Shown: positions 1-10,724 of the stretch, one piece after another
How positions within the stretch are numbered: position 1 is the first letter of the stretch
Layout of the letters: each line of letters opens with the position of its first letter
Notes under the pieces: model-generated
The model's database searches: none
What the model was told of the DNA's origin: nothing
The model's input: only the letters and a program-made list of their open reading frames with translations
Position numbers and translations under genes: made by a program
NCBI GenBank assembly: GCA_963820025.1
Contig: CAWFYL010000001.1
Location: 1,000,462 to 1,064,461, forward strand
Source of the DNA: an uncultured Acidimicrobiia bacterium
GTDB lineage: Bacteria > Actinomycetota > Acidimicrobiia > IMCC26256 > JAENVU01
Length of the DNA: 64,000 nucleotides
Direction: 5' to 3'

Positions 1-1417
1 CGACTCGGCCGGCCACGCCAACGGCACGTCCGGCATGGCCGTCGTCTTCGCCGGCACCACCGTCGTCATCGCGATCTGCGGTCTCGTGGTCGCCGGCATC
101 CCGACGGTCACGACCATGGGCTTCGCCTCCGCGGTGGTGGTCGCGGTCTCGGTCCTGGCGGCGATCTCGCTCCTTCCGGCGCTGCTCGGGCTGGCCGGGA
201 CGAAGATCAACAGCCTGCGTCTGCCCTGGGTCAAGCGCAGCCAGGTCGAGGCGGAGATGCACCCGGACCGCGTCCGGCACGGGATGTGGGTCCGTTGGGC
301 CCGGCACGTCGCCGACCGCCCGTGGCGATACCTGATCGCGAGCCTGGTCGTGCTCCTCGCCCTCGCGGCCCCCGCGCTGTCGATGCGCCTGGGCCAGACC
401 GACGCCGGCACGCTGTCGACCGCGTCCACGCAGCGCCGGGCGTACGACCTCCTCGGCACCGGCTTCGGCAAGGGCTTCAACGGCCCGTTGCTCCTCGTCG
501 CCGAGGTCCCGTCGGGCGGCACGGCGGTGCTCCAGCCCGTCGTCCAGGCGATCGCCCGAGACGCGGACGTTGCGGCGGTGGGTGCGCCGCGCCTCAATCC
601 GGACGGCAACACCGCGGTGATCCGCGTGCTGCCGAAGTCGTCGCCGCAGGCTTCCGCGACGAGCGATCTCGTCTCACGGCTGCGCAGTGACGTGATCCCG
701 GCCGCCACCGACGGCACCGGAGTCAAGATCTCGGTCGGCGGCTCGACCGCGTCGTTCATCGACATCTCGGACCGCATCGCGTCTCGGCTGCCGTGGTTCA
801 TCGGCGCGGTGATCGCGCTGAGCTTCCTGCTCCTCATGGTCGTCTTCCGGTCGGTGCTCGTGCCGCTCAAGGCCGCGGTGATGAACGTGCTCTCGATCGG
901 TGCGGCCTATGGCGTCATCGTCGCGGTCTTCCAGTGGGGATGGTTCCGCGGCCTGTTCGGTGTGCAGGAGAGCCTCCCGATCGTCAGCTTCATCCCGATG
1001 ATGATGTTCGCGATCCTCTTCGGTCTCTCGATGGACTACGAGGTGTTCCTCCTGTCCCGGGTCCGCGAGGAGTGGCTGCGCAGTGGCGACGCGAGGGCGA
1101 GCGTCCCCACCGGGCTCGCCGCGACCGCGCGGGTCATCACCTCCGCGGCACTCATCATGATCTGCGTGTTCCTCAGCTTCGTGCTGGTCGACGAGCCGAC
1201 CGTGAAGATGATGGGGCTCGGACTGGCGACCGCGGTGTTCGTCGACGCGACGATCATCCGCATGGTGCTGGTGCCCGCGACCATGGAGCTGCTCGGCGAC
1301 GCGAACTGGTGGTTGCCCCGGTGGCTGCGCTGGTTGCCGCACCTGGACCTCGAGGGTGCGCCGGCCGACGAGCCGGTGCCGGCGGAGGAGCCGGAGCTCG
1401 TGGGCGCGCCGAGCTGA
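1..1417 (+). CDS. MMPL/RND-type membrane transporter, C-terminal part (5' end outside the window)
   Basis: The frame of ORF 35..1417 stays open back to base 2. Repeated TM helices and the LFGLSMDYEVFLLSRVRE-type segment are typical of MMPL domains. Confidence 0.8.
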   Translation, partial: DSAGHANGTSGMAVVFAGTTVVIAICGLVVAGIPTVTTMGFASAVVVAVSVLAAISLLPALLGLAGTKINSLRLPWVKRSQVEAEMHPDRVRHGMWVRWARHVADRPWRYLIASLVVLLALAAPALSMRLGQTDAGTLSTASTQRRAYDLLGTGFGKGFNGPLLLVAEVPSGGTAVLQPVVQAIARDADVAAVGAPRLNPDGNTAVIRVLPKSSPQASATSDLVSRLRSDVIPAATDGTGVKISVGGSTASFIDISDRIASRLPWFIGAVIALSFLLLMVVFRSVLVPLKAAVMNVLSIGAAYGVIVAVFQWGWFRGLFGVQESLPIVSFIPMMMFAILFGLSMDYEVFLLSRVREEWLRSGDARASVPTGLAATARVITSAALIMICVFLSFVLVDEPTVKMMGLGLATAVFVDATIIRMVLVPATMELLGDANWWLPRWLRWLPHLDLEGAPADEPVPAEEPELVGAPS

Positions 1418-1463
1418 CGCCGGGCGGAGGCAGTGTCGCGTGACCGCGGCCCGCGCCCCGCGG

Positions 1464-2924
1464 TCACCCCCCTCGTCGGATCGCGAGCTTCGGGAACCGG
1501 TACCGGCCTTCGAGGACCTTCGCCTTGGGGAGGTAGAGCCGCATCGAGAGGTAGAACGCGCCGCTCGGGGCCGGGAGCCAGTTCGACTCGTGGCCGACCG
1601 GTGGGTCGTGCTGGACGAAGACGTCGAGCGAGCCGTCCTTGCCGTAGCGCAGACCCTGCGTCCGATCGCCGATCGCGTACCGGTCGATCGGATTGGCCGC
1701 GAAGAAGCGGTCGGTGCCGTACATCGTCACCGACCAGAACGCCCTGACCGGCGGAAGGTCGCCCCGGGCGAAGTGCAGGACGTAGTGGTTCGTGCCGCGG
1801 AACGAGGTGCGCGTCGCGTCGCTGAGGTGCGCGTACACCGCCTCGCGGGGCACGTTGGCACCCCACCCGGACGCCGCGACCACCGCGCGCAGGCCGGCGT
1901 CGTGGCCGTACGTGCCCACGTGCAGGTTCGACGCCCACCCGTTGACGGTGTGGGCGGGCCGGGTGAGGGCCGCGTCGATCCGCCGCTGTCCGATGCGGGC
2001 CCCGGCTTCGAGCACCGCGCGCTCGCGGGCGCCGCCCCCGGTCGTGGCCGGGTGGCGCCCCGGACCGATGCCGAGGTCTGCGTAGCTGCGGAGCACGCGG
2101 CGCTCGTACGCGTCGACCGGCGGATTGATGGCGAGGGCGTCGCCGAGCTCGTCGAAGAACTCGATCCCCGCCGCGGCGACTTGCTGCGGCGTGCCGCGCG
2201 GGGTGCCGATCGGGGGAGGCGCCGGCCCGGCCGGCGCCCCGGTCGCGGCCGAGAGCGGCTCGAGCCGCATCCGGGCGCCCAGCGCGTGGACGCGTGCGAC
2301 GTCCGCGTCGTCGACGACGAGGAAGCGACCGAGCGCGAGCAGCTGGGGGGTCGGAGATGCGATGCGGGTCACGCCAGCCGGGAGCCGTCCGTGCCACCCC
2401 GGCGGGGTGATGGCCCACGTGCCCGCGCGCCCGCCGGTCGCCCGGGTGCCGATGTACGCGAAGGAGTCCGTGTAGGCCGAGATCAGCTGGAAGCTGTAGT
2501 AGCGGTCGCGGATCGCGGGCAGCGTCAAGAGGTACGGCCCGGACCGGAGGTCGAGCGGCGCGACGCCGTACAGGGTGTCCGTGTTCGGCGCGACGATCGT
2601 GCGAGTGGTGACGTCGGAACGCGCCGGTTGGAACGTCAGACGGTTGACCGGCGCTCGTTGCGCGAGCGATTCGAGCGTGCGCTCCGTGACGACGAGCGGG
2701 TACCCCCAGACGTAGGCGTCCGCCGCACGCTGGGCAGCTGAAGTGCTCGCAGCGCCGGCCGATCGTGGGAGCGCGGCGACGGTCGTGACGACGAGGACGG
2801 TCGCCACCAGCGCGCACGACCGCGCGAGCGCGACCGGTCTGCACCGCCGCCGCTCGCCCGGCAATTGCGGTCCGGCGCTCGAGCGGCGGAGAACCGAGAA
2901 GGCTCGAGGGTGCGACGATCGCAT
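1464..2924 (-). CDS. Secreted DUF1254/DUF1214 domain protein
   Basis: The part of ORF 1464..3293 from the internal ATG at 2924 (MRSSHPRAF...) has a signal-like ALVATVLVVTTVAAL segment. It carries the YVWGYPLV and NTDTLY motifs (DUF1254) and WSVTMY...NPIDRY (DUF1214). The upstream 123 codons are Arg/Pro-rich junk overlapping the next gene. Confidence 0.8.
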   Translation of the reverse strand: MRSSHPRAFSVLRRSSAGPQLPGERRRCRPVALARSCALVATVLVVTTVAALPRSAGAASTSAAQRAADAYVWGYPLVVTERTLESLAQRAPVNRLTFQPARSDVTTRTIVAPNTDTLYGVAPLDLRSGPYLLTLPAIRDRYYSFQLISAYTDSFAYIGTRATGGRAGTWAITPPGWHGRLPAGVTRIASPTPQLLALGRFLVVDDADVARVHALGARMRLEPLSAATGAPAGPAPPPIGTPRGTPQQVAAAGIEFFDELGDALAINPPVDAYERRVLRSYADLGIGPGRHPATTGGGARERAVLEAGARIGQRRIDAALTRPAHTVNGWASNLHVGTYGHDAGLRAVVAASGWGANVPREAVYAHLSDATRTSFRGTNHYVLHFARGDLPPVRAFWSVTMYGTDRFFAANPIDRYAIGDRTQGLRYGKDGSLDVFVQHDPPVGHESNWLPAPSGAFYLSMRLYLPKAKVLEGRYRFPKLAIRRGG

Positions 2925-2929
2925 CTCGC

Positions 2930-4093
2930 CTACCGCGTGACCGCGTCGGTGACGACCCGGCTCGCCTCGGCCGGGCCGAACGTCGGCGGCTTCGGCCGGG
3001 GCTCTCCGGTCCCGAGCCGCACGACGACGGTCTTCGACCCGGGATCGACCTGGACGATCTGGTTGCCGAGGCCCAGCGCCCAGAAGATGTCGGGGGGCGC
3101 GTCTGCGACGAGGCGACCGCGGGTCGTCGTCGGGTTGGCCGCCGCGGAGAGGTCGGTCGCGACGAGCGGGCTGCCGATGACGCCTTTGCGGTTGAGCCAC
3201 CAGAGGTACCCGTACGCGGCGTTCAGCTTCGTCGACGACCTTCCCGTCGCCTCGTGGACCCAGCGCGCCGACACGATTCGCTGGTCCCCCCACTTCCCGT
3301 CGTGGAGCATCAGCAGGCCGAAGCGGGCCAGGTCACGACACGTCGACCGCACCCCCTCGAACGTCTGCGCGTTGCCGGCGCGGTCGGTGGTCATCGTCGT
3401 CTGGGTCATGCCCAGCGGACCGAACAGGCGCTGCTCGGCGTACGCGACGACGTCGGTTCCGGTGGCCTGCTGCAGGACACGTTGCAGCGTCTGGATCGCC
3501 GAGTTGTTGTACGCCCAGACCTGCCCGGGCGGGTGGGCCTGGGGCAGCCCGATCGCGAAGGCCGTGCGGTCGCTCGCCCGAAGCAGCTGTACGTAGTCGA
3601 TCGTCGGGCTCCACTCCCGGCCCGAGTCGTTGCTGAGGAGGTCGCGGATCGTCACGGCCGCCGCCGGGGTGCCCCTCCATTCGGGGATCCACTTGGACGC
3701 GGAGTCGTCGATCCGGAGCTTGCCGTCGTCCGCCGCGATTCCGACCAGGGTGCTGGTGATGGACTTCGTCGCCGAGTAGATGTCCTGGGCGCTCGCCTCG
3801 TTCGTGCCGCGGAAGTACTGCTCGTGTGCGATCTTCCCGTCGCGCTCCACGACGAGGCAGTTGGACTTCCCCTGCTCGGCCACGTGCCCGATCGCGTCGA
3901 GCTCCGGCGCGTCGAGCCCCACCGAACGTGGCGTGGCGGTCGGCCAGGTCGCGCCCGGGACCGTGGTGCGCGTCGCGTCCGGGCGAGGGGATGCGGCACC
4001 GCTCCCGGCGCCACTGCACGAGGCCACGGCCGCGGCGAGCGCCAGGACGACGGCGACCGATCGGGGTCCGCGCGATCGGTGGAGCAGCTGCAC
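2930..4093 (-). CDS. Serine hydrolase of the beta-lactamase/transpeptidase-like family, probable lipoprotein
   Basis: SxxK motif (YSATKSITS) and a lipobox-like LALAAAVASC after a GTG at 4093. The rest of ORF 2930..4456 upstream is low-complexity. Confidence 0.8.
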   Translation of the reverse strand: MQLLHRSRGPRSVAVVLALAAAVASCSGAGSGAASPRPDATRTTVPGATWPTATPRSVGLDAPELDAIGHVAEQGKSNCLVVERDGKIAHEQYFRGTNEASAQDIYSATKSITSTLVGIAADDGKLRIDDSASKWIPEWRGTPAAAVTIRDLLSNDSGREWSPTIDYVQLLRASDRTAFAIGLPQAHPPGQVWAYNNSAIQTLQRVLQQATGTDVVAYAEQRLFGPLGMTQTTMTTDRAGNAQTFEGVRSTCRDLARFGLLMLHDGKWGDQRIVSARWVHEATGRSSTKLNAAYGYLWWLNRKGVIGSPLVATDLSAAANPTTTRGRLVADAPPDIFWALGLGNQIVQVDPGSKTVVVRLGTGEPRPKPPTFGPAEASRVVTDAVTR

Positions 4094-4162
4094 CCGGCGA
4101 ACGCTACTCTTGGTGGACAACGATTTCCAGACCAGGGACCGGGGGTCTGGGCAGGAGGCAAC

Positions 4163-5251
4163 GTGCGCGAGCGCGGCGACGAGGCGGGCCGCGGGCCGGG
4201 TCCGACGGCGCGGGTCACGATCGTGGACGTCGCCCGCGAGGCGGGCGTCGGGCCTTCGACCGTGTCGAAGGTGCTGAACGGCGGGCGCGGGAGCGCCGCG
4301 GTGCGCCGCCGGGTCGAGGACGCGGCGGCTCGGCTCGCCTATCGCCCGAACCAGCGGGCCCGGGGCCTGCGCCGCTCGGAGTCCCGCTCGATCGGCGTGC
4401 TGATCCCGGACCTCGCGAACCCGGTGTTCCTGCCGTTCCTGCGCGCGGTGGAGCACGCCGCCCAGGCGCGGGGCTACGTCGTGCTCATCGCGGACGGGCA
4501 GCGGTCCGACGACGTGGAGGCCGACGCGCTCGAGCGCTTCTTCGACCAGGGCGTCGACGGTCTGCTGCTGGGTGGGCCGGTGACCGCAGAGAGCCTACGG
4601 CCCTACCTCGACCACGGAGTGCCCGTCGCGCCGTCGGCGTCGCGCACCGACCGCGAGGTCGCCGGGCACTGGGAGCGGGCCGAGGCCGCGGCCACGCGGG
4701 AGATGGCGGCGCACCTGCTCGCGCTCGGCCACCGCCGGTTCCTCCTCGCGCGCACGCCTCGCCTCAAGGGGCGCGAGGGTCGCCGGTACCGGCGCAGTCG
4801 GTTGGGCGCACTCTCGACCGCACTCGACGCGGTGGGCGCGGAGCTGGTCGTCTCCGTCGTCGACCCGCTCCGGGGTCGCGACGAGGGGATCGCCACCCTC
4901 CGGGAGGCAGTCACCGAGCACCGACCGACGGCGGTCGTCTGCGCCACCCACCTGCTCGCCCCCTGGCTGCTGAACGCGCTCGACGACGAGGACCGTCGCG
5001 TTCCCGACGACGTCTCGGTCGTCGTCTACGGCGACTCGGACTGGGCCCGCGCCCACCAGCCACCGCTCGGGGTCGTCAGCCACGACACCTATGCCGAGGG
5101 CTTCGACCTGGCCACGGGGCTGCTCGACACCGTCAGCGGTGAGGTCACCCGGCCGGTGGGGACCGTCGAGGCCCGGTTCGTGGCGCGGGGCACGTGCGCG
5201 CCACCTGCGACTCGCGCCCACCGCCCTGACCCGACCGGGCGCCCGACGTGA
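4163..5251 (+). CDS. LacI-family transcriptional regulator
   Basis: N-terminal HTH (VTIVDVAREAGVGPSTVSKVLNG) plus a periplasmic-binding-fold effector domain. GTG at 4163 is preceded by GGAGG (4154-4158). Only the 3' part of ORF 3254..5251 is protein-like. Confidence 0.85.
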   Translation: MRERGDEAGRGPGPTARVTIVDVAREAGVGPSTVSKVLNGGRGSAAVRRRVEDAAARLAYRPNQRARGLRRSESRSIGVLIPDLANPVFLPFLRAVEHAAQARGYVVLIADGQRSDDVEADALERFFDQGVDGLLLGGPVTAESLRPYLDHGVPVAPSASRTDREVAGHWERAEAAATREMAAHLLALGHRRFLLARTPRLKGREGRRYRRSRLGALSTALDAVGAELVVSVVDPLRGRDEGIATLREAVTEHRPTAVVCATHLLAPWLLNALDDEDRRVPDDVSVVVYGDSDWARAHQPPLGVVSHDTYAEGFDLATGLLDTVSGEVTRPVGTVEARFVARGTCAPPATRAHRPDPTGRPT

Positions 5252-5299
5252 CATACGGCACGGTTGCGTTCCGATACGACACCGTCTAGCTTCCTCGGC

Positions 5300-6904
5300 A
5301 TGCGGAGCGCCCTGAAGAACCCCGATCTCGTCTACCAGCGCCGGTGGCTGACGCTGCTCGTCCTGTGCATCAGCCTGATCGTGATCACGCTCGACAACAC
5401 GATCCTCAACGTCGCGATCCCGACCCTCGCCCACACCAAGGGTCAGGGCGGGCTCGGGGCGACGGCCAGCCAGCTCCAGTGGATCGTCGACGCGTACACG
5501 CTCGTGTTCGCCGGCCTGCTGCTCACCGCCGGGAGCCTGGGCGACCGCTTCGGCCGCTACCGGTTCCTCGCGACCGGCCTGGCGATCTTCGGCACCGGCT
5601 CGCTGCTCTCGGCGTTCGCACCGTCGGCCAACGCGCTGATCGGGACGCGCGCGCTCATGGGCATCGGCGCCGCGTTCATCATGCCGTCGACGCTGTCGAT
5701 CATCACCAACGTCTTCACCAACCCGGCCGAGCGGGGCAAGGCGATCGGTGTCTGGGCCGGCGTGTCCGCGCTCGGCATCGGCCTCGGGCCGATCACCGGC
5801 GGCTTCCTGCTCGAGCACTTCTGGTGGGGCTCGATCTTCATCGTGAACGTGCCGATCGTGATCATCGGCCTCGTGCTCGGCTTCATGCTCGTCCCCGAGT
5901 CGCGCGACCCGCAGCACGCGGCACTGGACCCCGTCGGCGCCGTGCTGTCGATCATCGCCCTCGGCTCGATCCTGTGGGCCGTGATCGAGGCGCCGGCACA
6001 CGGTTGGGGCGCACCCGAGATCGTCGCCGGATTCGTGTTCGGCTTCGTGGTCCTCGCGATCTTCCTGACGTGGGAGCTGCGGTCCAGCCACCCGATGCTC
6101 GACATGCGCTTCTTCGAGAACCCGCGCTTCAGCGCGGCGAGCGGCGCGATCACCCTCGTGTTCCTGTCGTTGTTCGGGACGTTGTTCCTCCTCACCCAGT
6201 ACCTGCAGTCGGTGCTCGGCTACTCGACCGTCGAGGCCGGCGCGGTGCTGCTTCCCCAGGCCGCGATCCTCATGATCTTCGCCCCGCTGTCGAACGTCTG
6301 GGTGCAGAGGTTCGGGAACAAGCTCGTCGTGACGATCGGGCTGCTCCTCGTCGCCGCGTCGTTCGTGCTCTTCCTCACCTGGGACGCGAGCACGGGGGTC
6401 GGCACGGTGGTCGCGGTGACCGCGCTGATGGGCCTCGGTATGGCGAACGTCCTGGCACCGTGCACCGACTCCATCATGGGATCGCTGCCGCGGGCGAAGG
6501 CCGGCGTCGGGTCTGCGGTGAACGACACCACCCGGCAGATGGGCGGTGCGGTGGGCGTCGCGGTGTTCGGCTCGCTGATGGCCAGCCACTTCCATTCGAC
6601 GATCCAGCACAAGATCGGTGCTCGGGTCCCGGGCCCGCTGTTCTCACAGGTGCGGGACAACGTTGGCACCGCGGTGGGGATCGCGAAGCAGTCGCCCGCG
6701 GCGAGGCCGTACTCGAACACGATCATCACCGCCGCGCACGACACCTTCGTGAGCGGCCTGCACCAGATCGGCCTCGTTGCCGCGGCCATCACCGTGTTCG
6801 CGGCGATCGGCGTGGCGCTGTTCCTGCCCGCCCGCGCCCGTGACCACGAGCCGATGCCCGCGATCAGCAGCGAACCCGAGCCCGAGCCGGTGGGAGCGCT
6901 CTGA
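5300..6904 (+). CDS. MFS efflux transporter, DHA2 (EmrB/QacA-like, 14-TMS) type
   Basis: Motifs LDNTILNVAIP and GSLGDRFGR, with many TM helices. ATG at 5300. Confidence 0.85.
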   Translation: MRSALKNPDLVYQRRWLTLLVLCISLIVITLDNTILNVAIPTLAHTKGQGGLGATASQLQWIVDAYTLVFAGLLLTAGSLGDRFGRYRFLATGLAIFGTGSLLSAFAPSANALIGTRALMGIGAAFIMPSTLSIITNVFTNPAERGKAIGVWAGVSALGIGLGPITGGFLLEHFWWGSIFIVNVPIVIIGLVLGFMLVPESRDPQHAALDPVGAVLSIIALGSILWAVIEAPAHGWGAPEIVAGFVFGFVVLAIFLTWELRSSHPMLDMRFFENPRFSAASGAITLVFLSLFGTLFLLTQYLQSVLGYSTVEAGAVLLPQAAILMIFAPLSNVWVQRFGNKLVVTIGLLLVAASFVLFLTWDASTGVGTVVAVTALMGLGMANVLAPCTDSIMGSLPRAKAGVGSAVNDTTRQMGGAVGVAVFGSLMASHFHSTIQHKIGARVPGPLFSQVRDNVGTAVGIAKQSPAARPYSNTIITAAHDTFVSGLHQIGLVAAAITVFAAIGVALFLPARARDHEPMPAISSEPEPEPVGAL

Positions 6905-7494
6905 TGGCGATCTCCGAGGACGACGTCCGCGTCCGCGCCGGGCGGCCGCGCGACCCGGCGTGTGACGCCGCGATCCTCCAGGCCACGCTCGACATCTTCG
7001 CGGAGCACGGGTACGGCGGCGTCAGCATGGACGGGGTCGCCGCCCGTGCGGGTGTGGGCAAGGCCACGATCTACCGCCGCTACTCGAGCAAGGCCGAGCT
7101 GGTCGTCGAGGCGGTGCGCTGCGGCGCGCAGCTCGAGGACTGGCTCCCGGACACGGGCGACCTGCGGGCCGATCTCCTCAGCATGATGCGACCGTTGCTC
7201 GACCGGCTCCGGGGTGACGACGCGAACCTGCTGATCACGTTCGCGGTCGAGCGGTTGCGCGAGCCCGAGCTGGCCGAGGAGTTCGACCGCTCGGTGATCG
7301 GCAAGAAGCGCGAGCACATCCGGCACCTGGTCCGATCCGCGATCGAGCGCGGTGACCTGCCCGCCGACTCCGACGCGGACCTCATCGCCGAGGCGCCGGG
7401 GGCGTTCTTGTGGCACCACGCCATCTACAACCTCCCGATGGACGACGCGCTGCTCGGTCGGATCCTCGACCTGGTGCTCCCGCGCCCCGGCTGA
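6904..7494 (+). CDS. TetR-family transcriptional regulator
   Basis: TetR HTH (GYGGVSMDGVAARAGVGKATIYRRYSSK). ATGA start/stop overlap with the upstream MFS gene. Confidence 0.85.
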   Translation: MAISEDDVRVRAGRPRDPACDAAILQATLDIFAEHGYGGVSMDGVAARAGVGKATIYRRYSSKAELVVEAVRCGAQLEDWLPDTGDLRADLLSMMRPLLDRLRGDDANLLITFAVERLREPELAEEFDRSVIGKKREHIRHLVRSAIERGDLPADSDADLIAEAPGAFLWHHAIYNLPMDDALLGRILDLVLPRPG

Positions 7495-7506
7495 GTCGGC
7501 GCGGGC

Positions 7507-8851
7507 CTAGCCCCCGGTCAGGTCCCGCACCGGGGTGAGCGCGCGCCACTCCCCGCCGGCGCCGATCGACGAATCCCACGCGACGAGCCGGAAGTTGTCG
7601 TCGACGTCGTACTTGCCCTTGCCGAGCGAGCCGAACTGGCCGGAGGCGAGCGGGACGATGTGGCCGAAGTGGTTGACGCTCGCGAGCCAGGTCTTCTGGT
7701 TCAGGTCCTTTCCGGCGTGCGCCACGATGTCGCGGAACATCGTCGTGATCTGGCAGGCGTCCGTGATCGCGCCGTAGGTGTCGAGCGTCTTCCCGCCCGG
7801 TCCCGGCACCACCTCGAACGGGCCCGGGGCGTGCTTGCCGGTGCGCTTGCGGTAGATCGCCTTGCAGTGCTTCCAGTTCTCGCTCTTGGCGTACTCGGCC
7901 CCGGTGACGTTGCCGGCGGTGCTGATCCCGTCGTACGGGTTCTGCTTCACGCCTGATGCGGTGAGCTGGTGCGCCGCGTCCTTGACGTCCGTCGTGTCAA
8001 CGAGCAGCAACGTGTGCGGCATCTTCTGCTTGATCTTCGTCACGAACGCCTTGGAGGAGACGACGTCGCCGGAGAGGAACAGCGCGTCGACGTGCTCGCC
8101 CTTCCACCTCTCGAGGAAGCTGTCGAGCTGGGCCTGGGCGGCAGTGAGGTCGCCGGTGGGGTCGATCGACAGCACCGCGGTCGAGCCCATCTTCACGTGC
8201 GCCGTCTTGAGGCCCGGCACGATCACCTGGTGCACCATGGCGGCTTCGTTGTTGCCGCCGAGCACTGCGACCTTGTGGCCCTTCAGCGTGTGCTGCTGCT
8301 GGAGCAGCTCCAGCATCACGCGGCACGCGGCGTTCGTCGGTCGCGCCGGGGTAGATCATGAGCCCGGGCGGCGCCTTGTCCATGATCGTCTGGGTGAGGT
8401 TGTACGACATCAGCACAGTGTGGTGCTGGTTCGCGACGCAGGCCTGCGCGTCGCCCGAGAAGTCGATGAACGTCCCGATGACCGCGAACACCTTGTCGTC
8501 GTCGGTGAGCTTGGTGCAGGCGGCGAGCGCGGGTGCGCTGCCGAGCGGGCAGTAGTCGACGAACACCGGCTTGATCTTGCGACCGTTCACGCCACCCTTC
8601 GCGTTCAGGTCGTCGATGAACGCCTGGTAGACCGCGTTCTGGTGGAGGCGGATCGAGTCGGTGAAGGTCTTGATGCAGTCGTAGTTGACGAGCGCGACGC
8701 CGACCTTGACCGTCTTCGGGGTCACGCCGACGCTGGTCGCGGCGCCCGCAGGGGACACCGGAGCCGCGAGGCCCGCAAGGACCACCACGGTCAGCAGTGC
8801 CGCGACGTACCACCGGCATCGTGTCGACGCGCTTCCCCCACGATCGCCCAT
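7507..8851 (-). pseudogene. ABC-type substrate-binding protein (branched-chain amino acid/PBP1 type), reading frame broken once
   Basis: The N-terminal half (signal peptide, VKVGVALV...GGVNGRKIKPV...VFAVIGTF) lies in ORF 7997..8851 and the C-terminal half (KVAVLGGNNEAA...) in ORF 7507..8319. The frames meet near 8331. No permease or ATPase genes are adjacent. Confidence 0.7.
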
Positions 8852-8931
8852 CCTCGACCCCCCAGTCGGACGCAGGCTCGGCGCACCTTAGTGGTCGGGG
8901 CACGGAGGTGCGGGGCGCGAGCGGGCGCGAT

Positions 8932-8956
8932 CAGGGCCGGGCGAGGCCCGGCCCTG
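8932..8956 (-). terminator. Candidate intrinsic terminator hairpin downstream of the lipoprotein gene
   Basis: Perfect 11-bp inverted repeat cagggccgggc/gcccggccctg with a 3-nt loop, 44 nt past the stop at 9000. No U-tract. Confidence 0.45.
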
Positions 8957-8999
8957 AAGCGTGGAGCGTCTGGCGGATCGGGGTCGGAACCCGCTCCTC

Positions 9000-10396
9000 C
9001 TAGGGCTCGAAGTCGAAGGTCGCCGTCCCGTTGACCGCGCCGACCGTCGCCGCGATGGTCAGCGAGTCGACGTTGCCGGTGAACCCACCCGACCATCCGC
9101 CGCCGGCTTTCAACCAGATGCCGCCTCCGATCGGTTGCCCACCGCTCTGGGCGGTGATCGGGCGGATCGCGGCGTGGGGATAGGTGGCGAGCAGGTGCGC
9201 GAACGAGCAGGGACTTGCCTGGGTGCACTCCTGTCCGACGTTTGCACCACCGACGATCGCGTTGCCGGACTGCCACCAGCCCGACTGCAGCGGTGAGCGG
9301 GTTCCAGGTCTGCCAGGTCTCGCTCGTGATCGGCGCCTCACCCGCCAGGCTGGGCTCGAACACGACCCGGCCCTGGAACGCGGTGGTGGCGTCGGTGTTG
9401 TCATAGTCGGTGTCGAGCTGCAACGTCGGCGCGTGCGTGCTCGCGGTTCGGCTGGTACGTCTTGTACGACAGGAAGTTGAGCCGGTTGAACGGTGTCCCC
9501 GAGTACAGGCCGTTGAGCAGCGCTTCGCCACCGCTCGCATCGACGGTGAGCCGTGCGCTGCCGTTGCCGTCGGCACCGTTCGGGCCGCTCACGAAGCTGC
9601 CGCTCCCGCTCGCGGTCTCCTGCACGAAGCCGAACCCGAGGCTCGAGGCGTTTGCCGCAGTCACGGCGATGTGCCCGTCGCCGGGCTCGAAGTTGTTCTC
9701 GATGTCGTTGCCGCCGACTCCGACGATGACATTGTCAGCGGCGCCGACGAAGCCGTTCGTGATCGGTCCCCCGGCGCGTACGAGCAGAGCGCCGGTCGAC
9801 GGCCGGATGCGTGCGTTGGGGTAGTCGTTCAACACGTCGCTCCAGGAGCAGAACGTCGTTTGCGTGCACGGTGGATTCGCCTGCGTCTGATCACCGACGA
9901 TGGGTCGGTACTGCGAGGCGCCGGTCCCCGACGAGTACCACGCGACCGAGCCGTTCGTCGTGTTCCACGTCTGCCAGGCATGAGATGTGATCGTGTTGTT
10001 GGGATCTGCGGCCGGGACGTAGACGAGCCGACCCTGGTACGCGGTGCTGGAGTCGGTCGCGTCGTAGTCGACGTCGAAGGCGAGGGTGAGCGTCTCGTTC
10101 GGCGAGCCCGAGAACGCCTGATACGTCGAGTACTGCAGCCGGCTCAGCGTGGAGAGCCTCAGGCCCTGGTACGAGAGTGTCGCGATCGCTTCGCGTCCGG
10201 TCCCGTCGACCGAGAGCAGCGCGCTGCCGCGCCCGGCCGGCGGCGTGCCCGGTCCGTTCACGAAGTGGCCGCTGCCGCTCGCGCCCTCGTTGAGGAACCC
10301 CCAGCCGTTCGGCGCGGCGGGCGTGATCACGACCTTGCATCCCGCCAGGACGCCCACCAGCGCGACGACGGCACCGACTATGAGGAGCTTGCGCAT
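9000..10396 (-). pseudogene. Lipoprotein of unknown family with two tandem ~200-aa homologous domains; second domain frame-broken twice
   Basis: MRKLLIVGAVVALVGVLAGC lipobox at 10396. Domain 1 is intact. Domain 2 is split over three frames (ORFs 9401..10750, 8791..9576, 9000..9404), joining near 9433 and 9291. Confidence 0.65.
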
Positions 10397-10564
10397 GAGT
10401 ACCCCACCCTGTTCCCGTTGGAGGAAGCTCGAAGACTCGCCCCTGCTTAGTACCCGTCCTGGCGCGCCACAAGCGGCATCCTCGGCTTTCACCGCGACAA
10501 ACACGTTCAAACTGCGCGTTACTGCACCTTTAGCTTCTTTGCTCCGAAAGACGCAGAACTCACA

Positions 10565-10652
10565 TGGCGGAGGGGGTGGGATTTGAACCCACGGTGACTT
10601 GCGCCACAATGGTTTTCGAGACCATCCGATTCGGCCGCTCTCGCACCCCTCC
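10565..10652 (-). tRNA. tRNA-Ser (anticodon CGA)
   Basis: The reverse complement reads GGAGGGGTGCGAGAGCGGCCGAATCGGATGGTCTCGAAAACCATT...GGTTCAAATCCCACCCCCTCCGCCA. It has a long variable arm, anticodon loop CT-CGA-AA and an encoded CCA. Confidence 0.9.
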
Positions 10653-10724
10653 CAGGGTCGCGGGGCGCTCCTCCGGAGAGCAACGCCGAGCGGGGCGTGA
10701 GTGTACGCGCTCGGCCGGAGCGAC

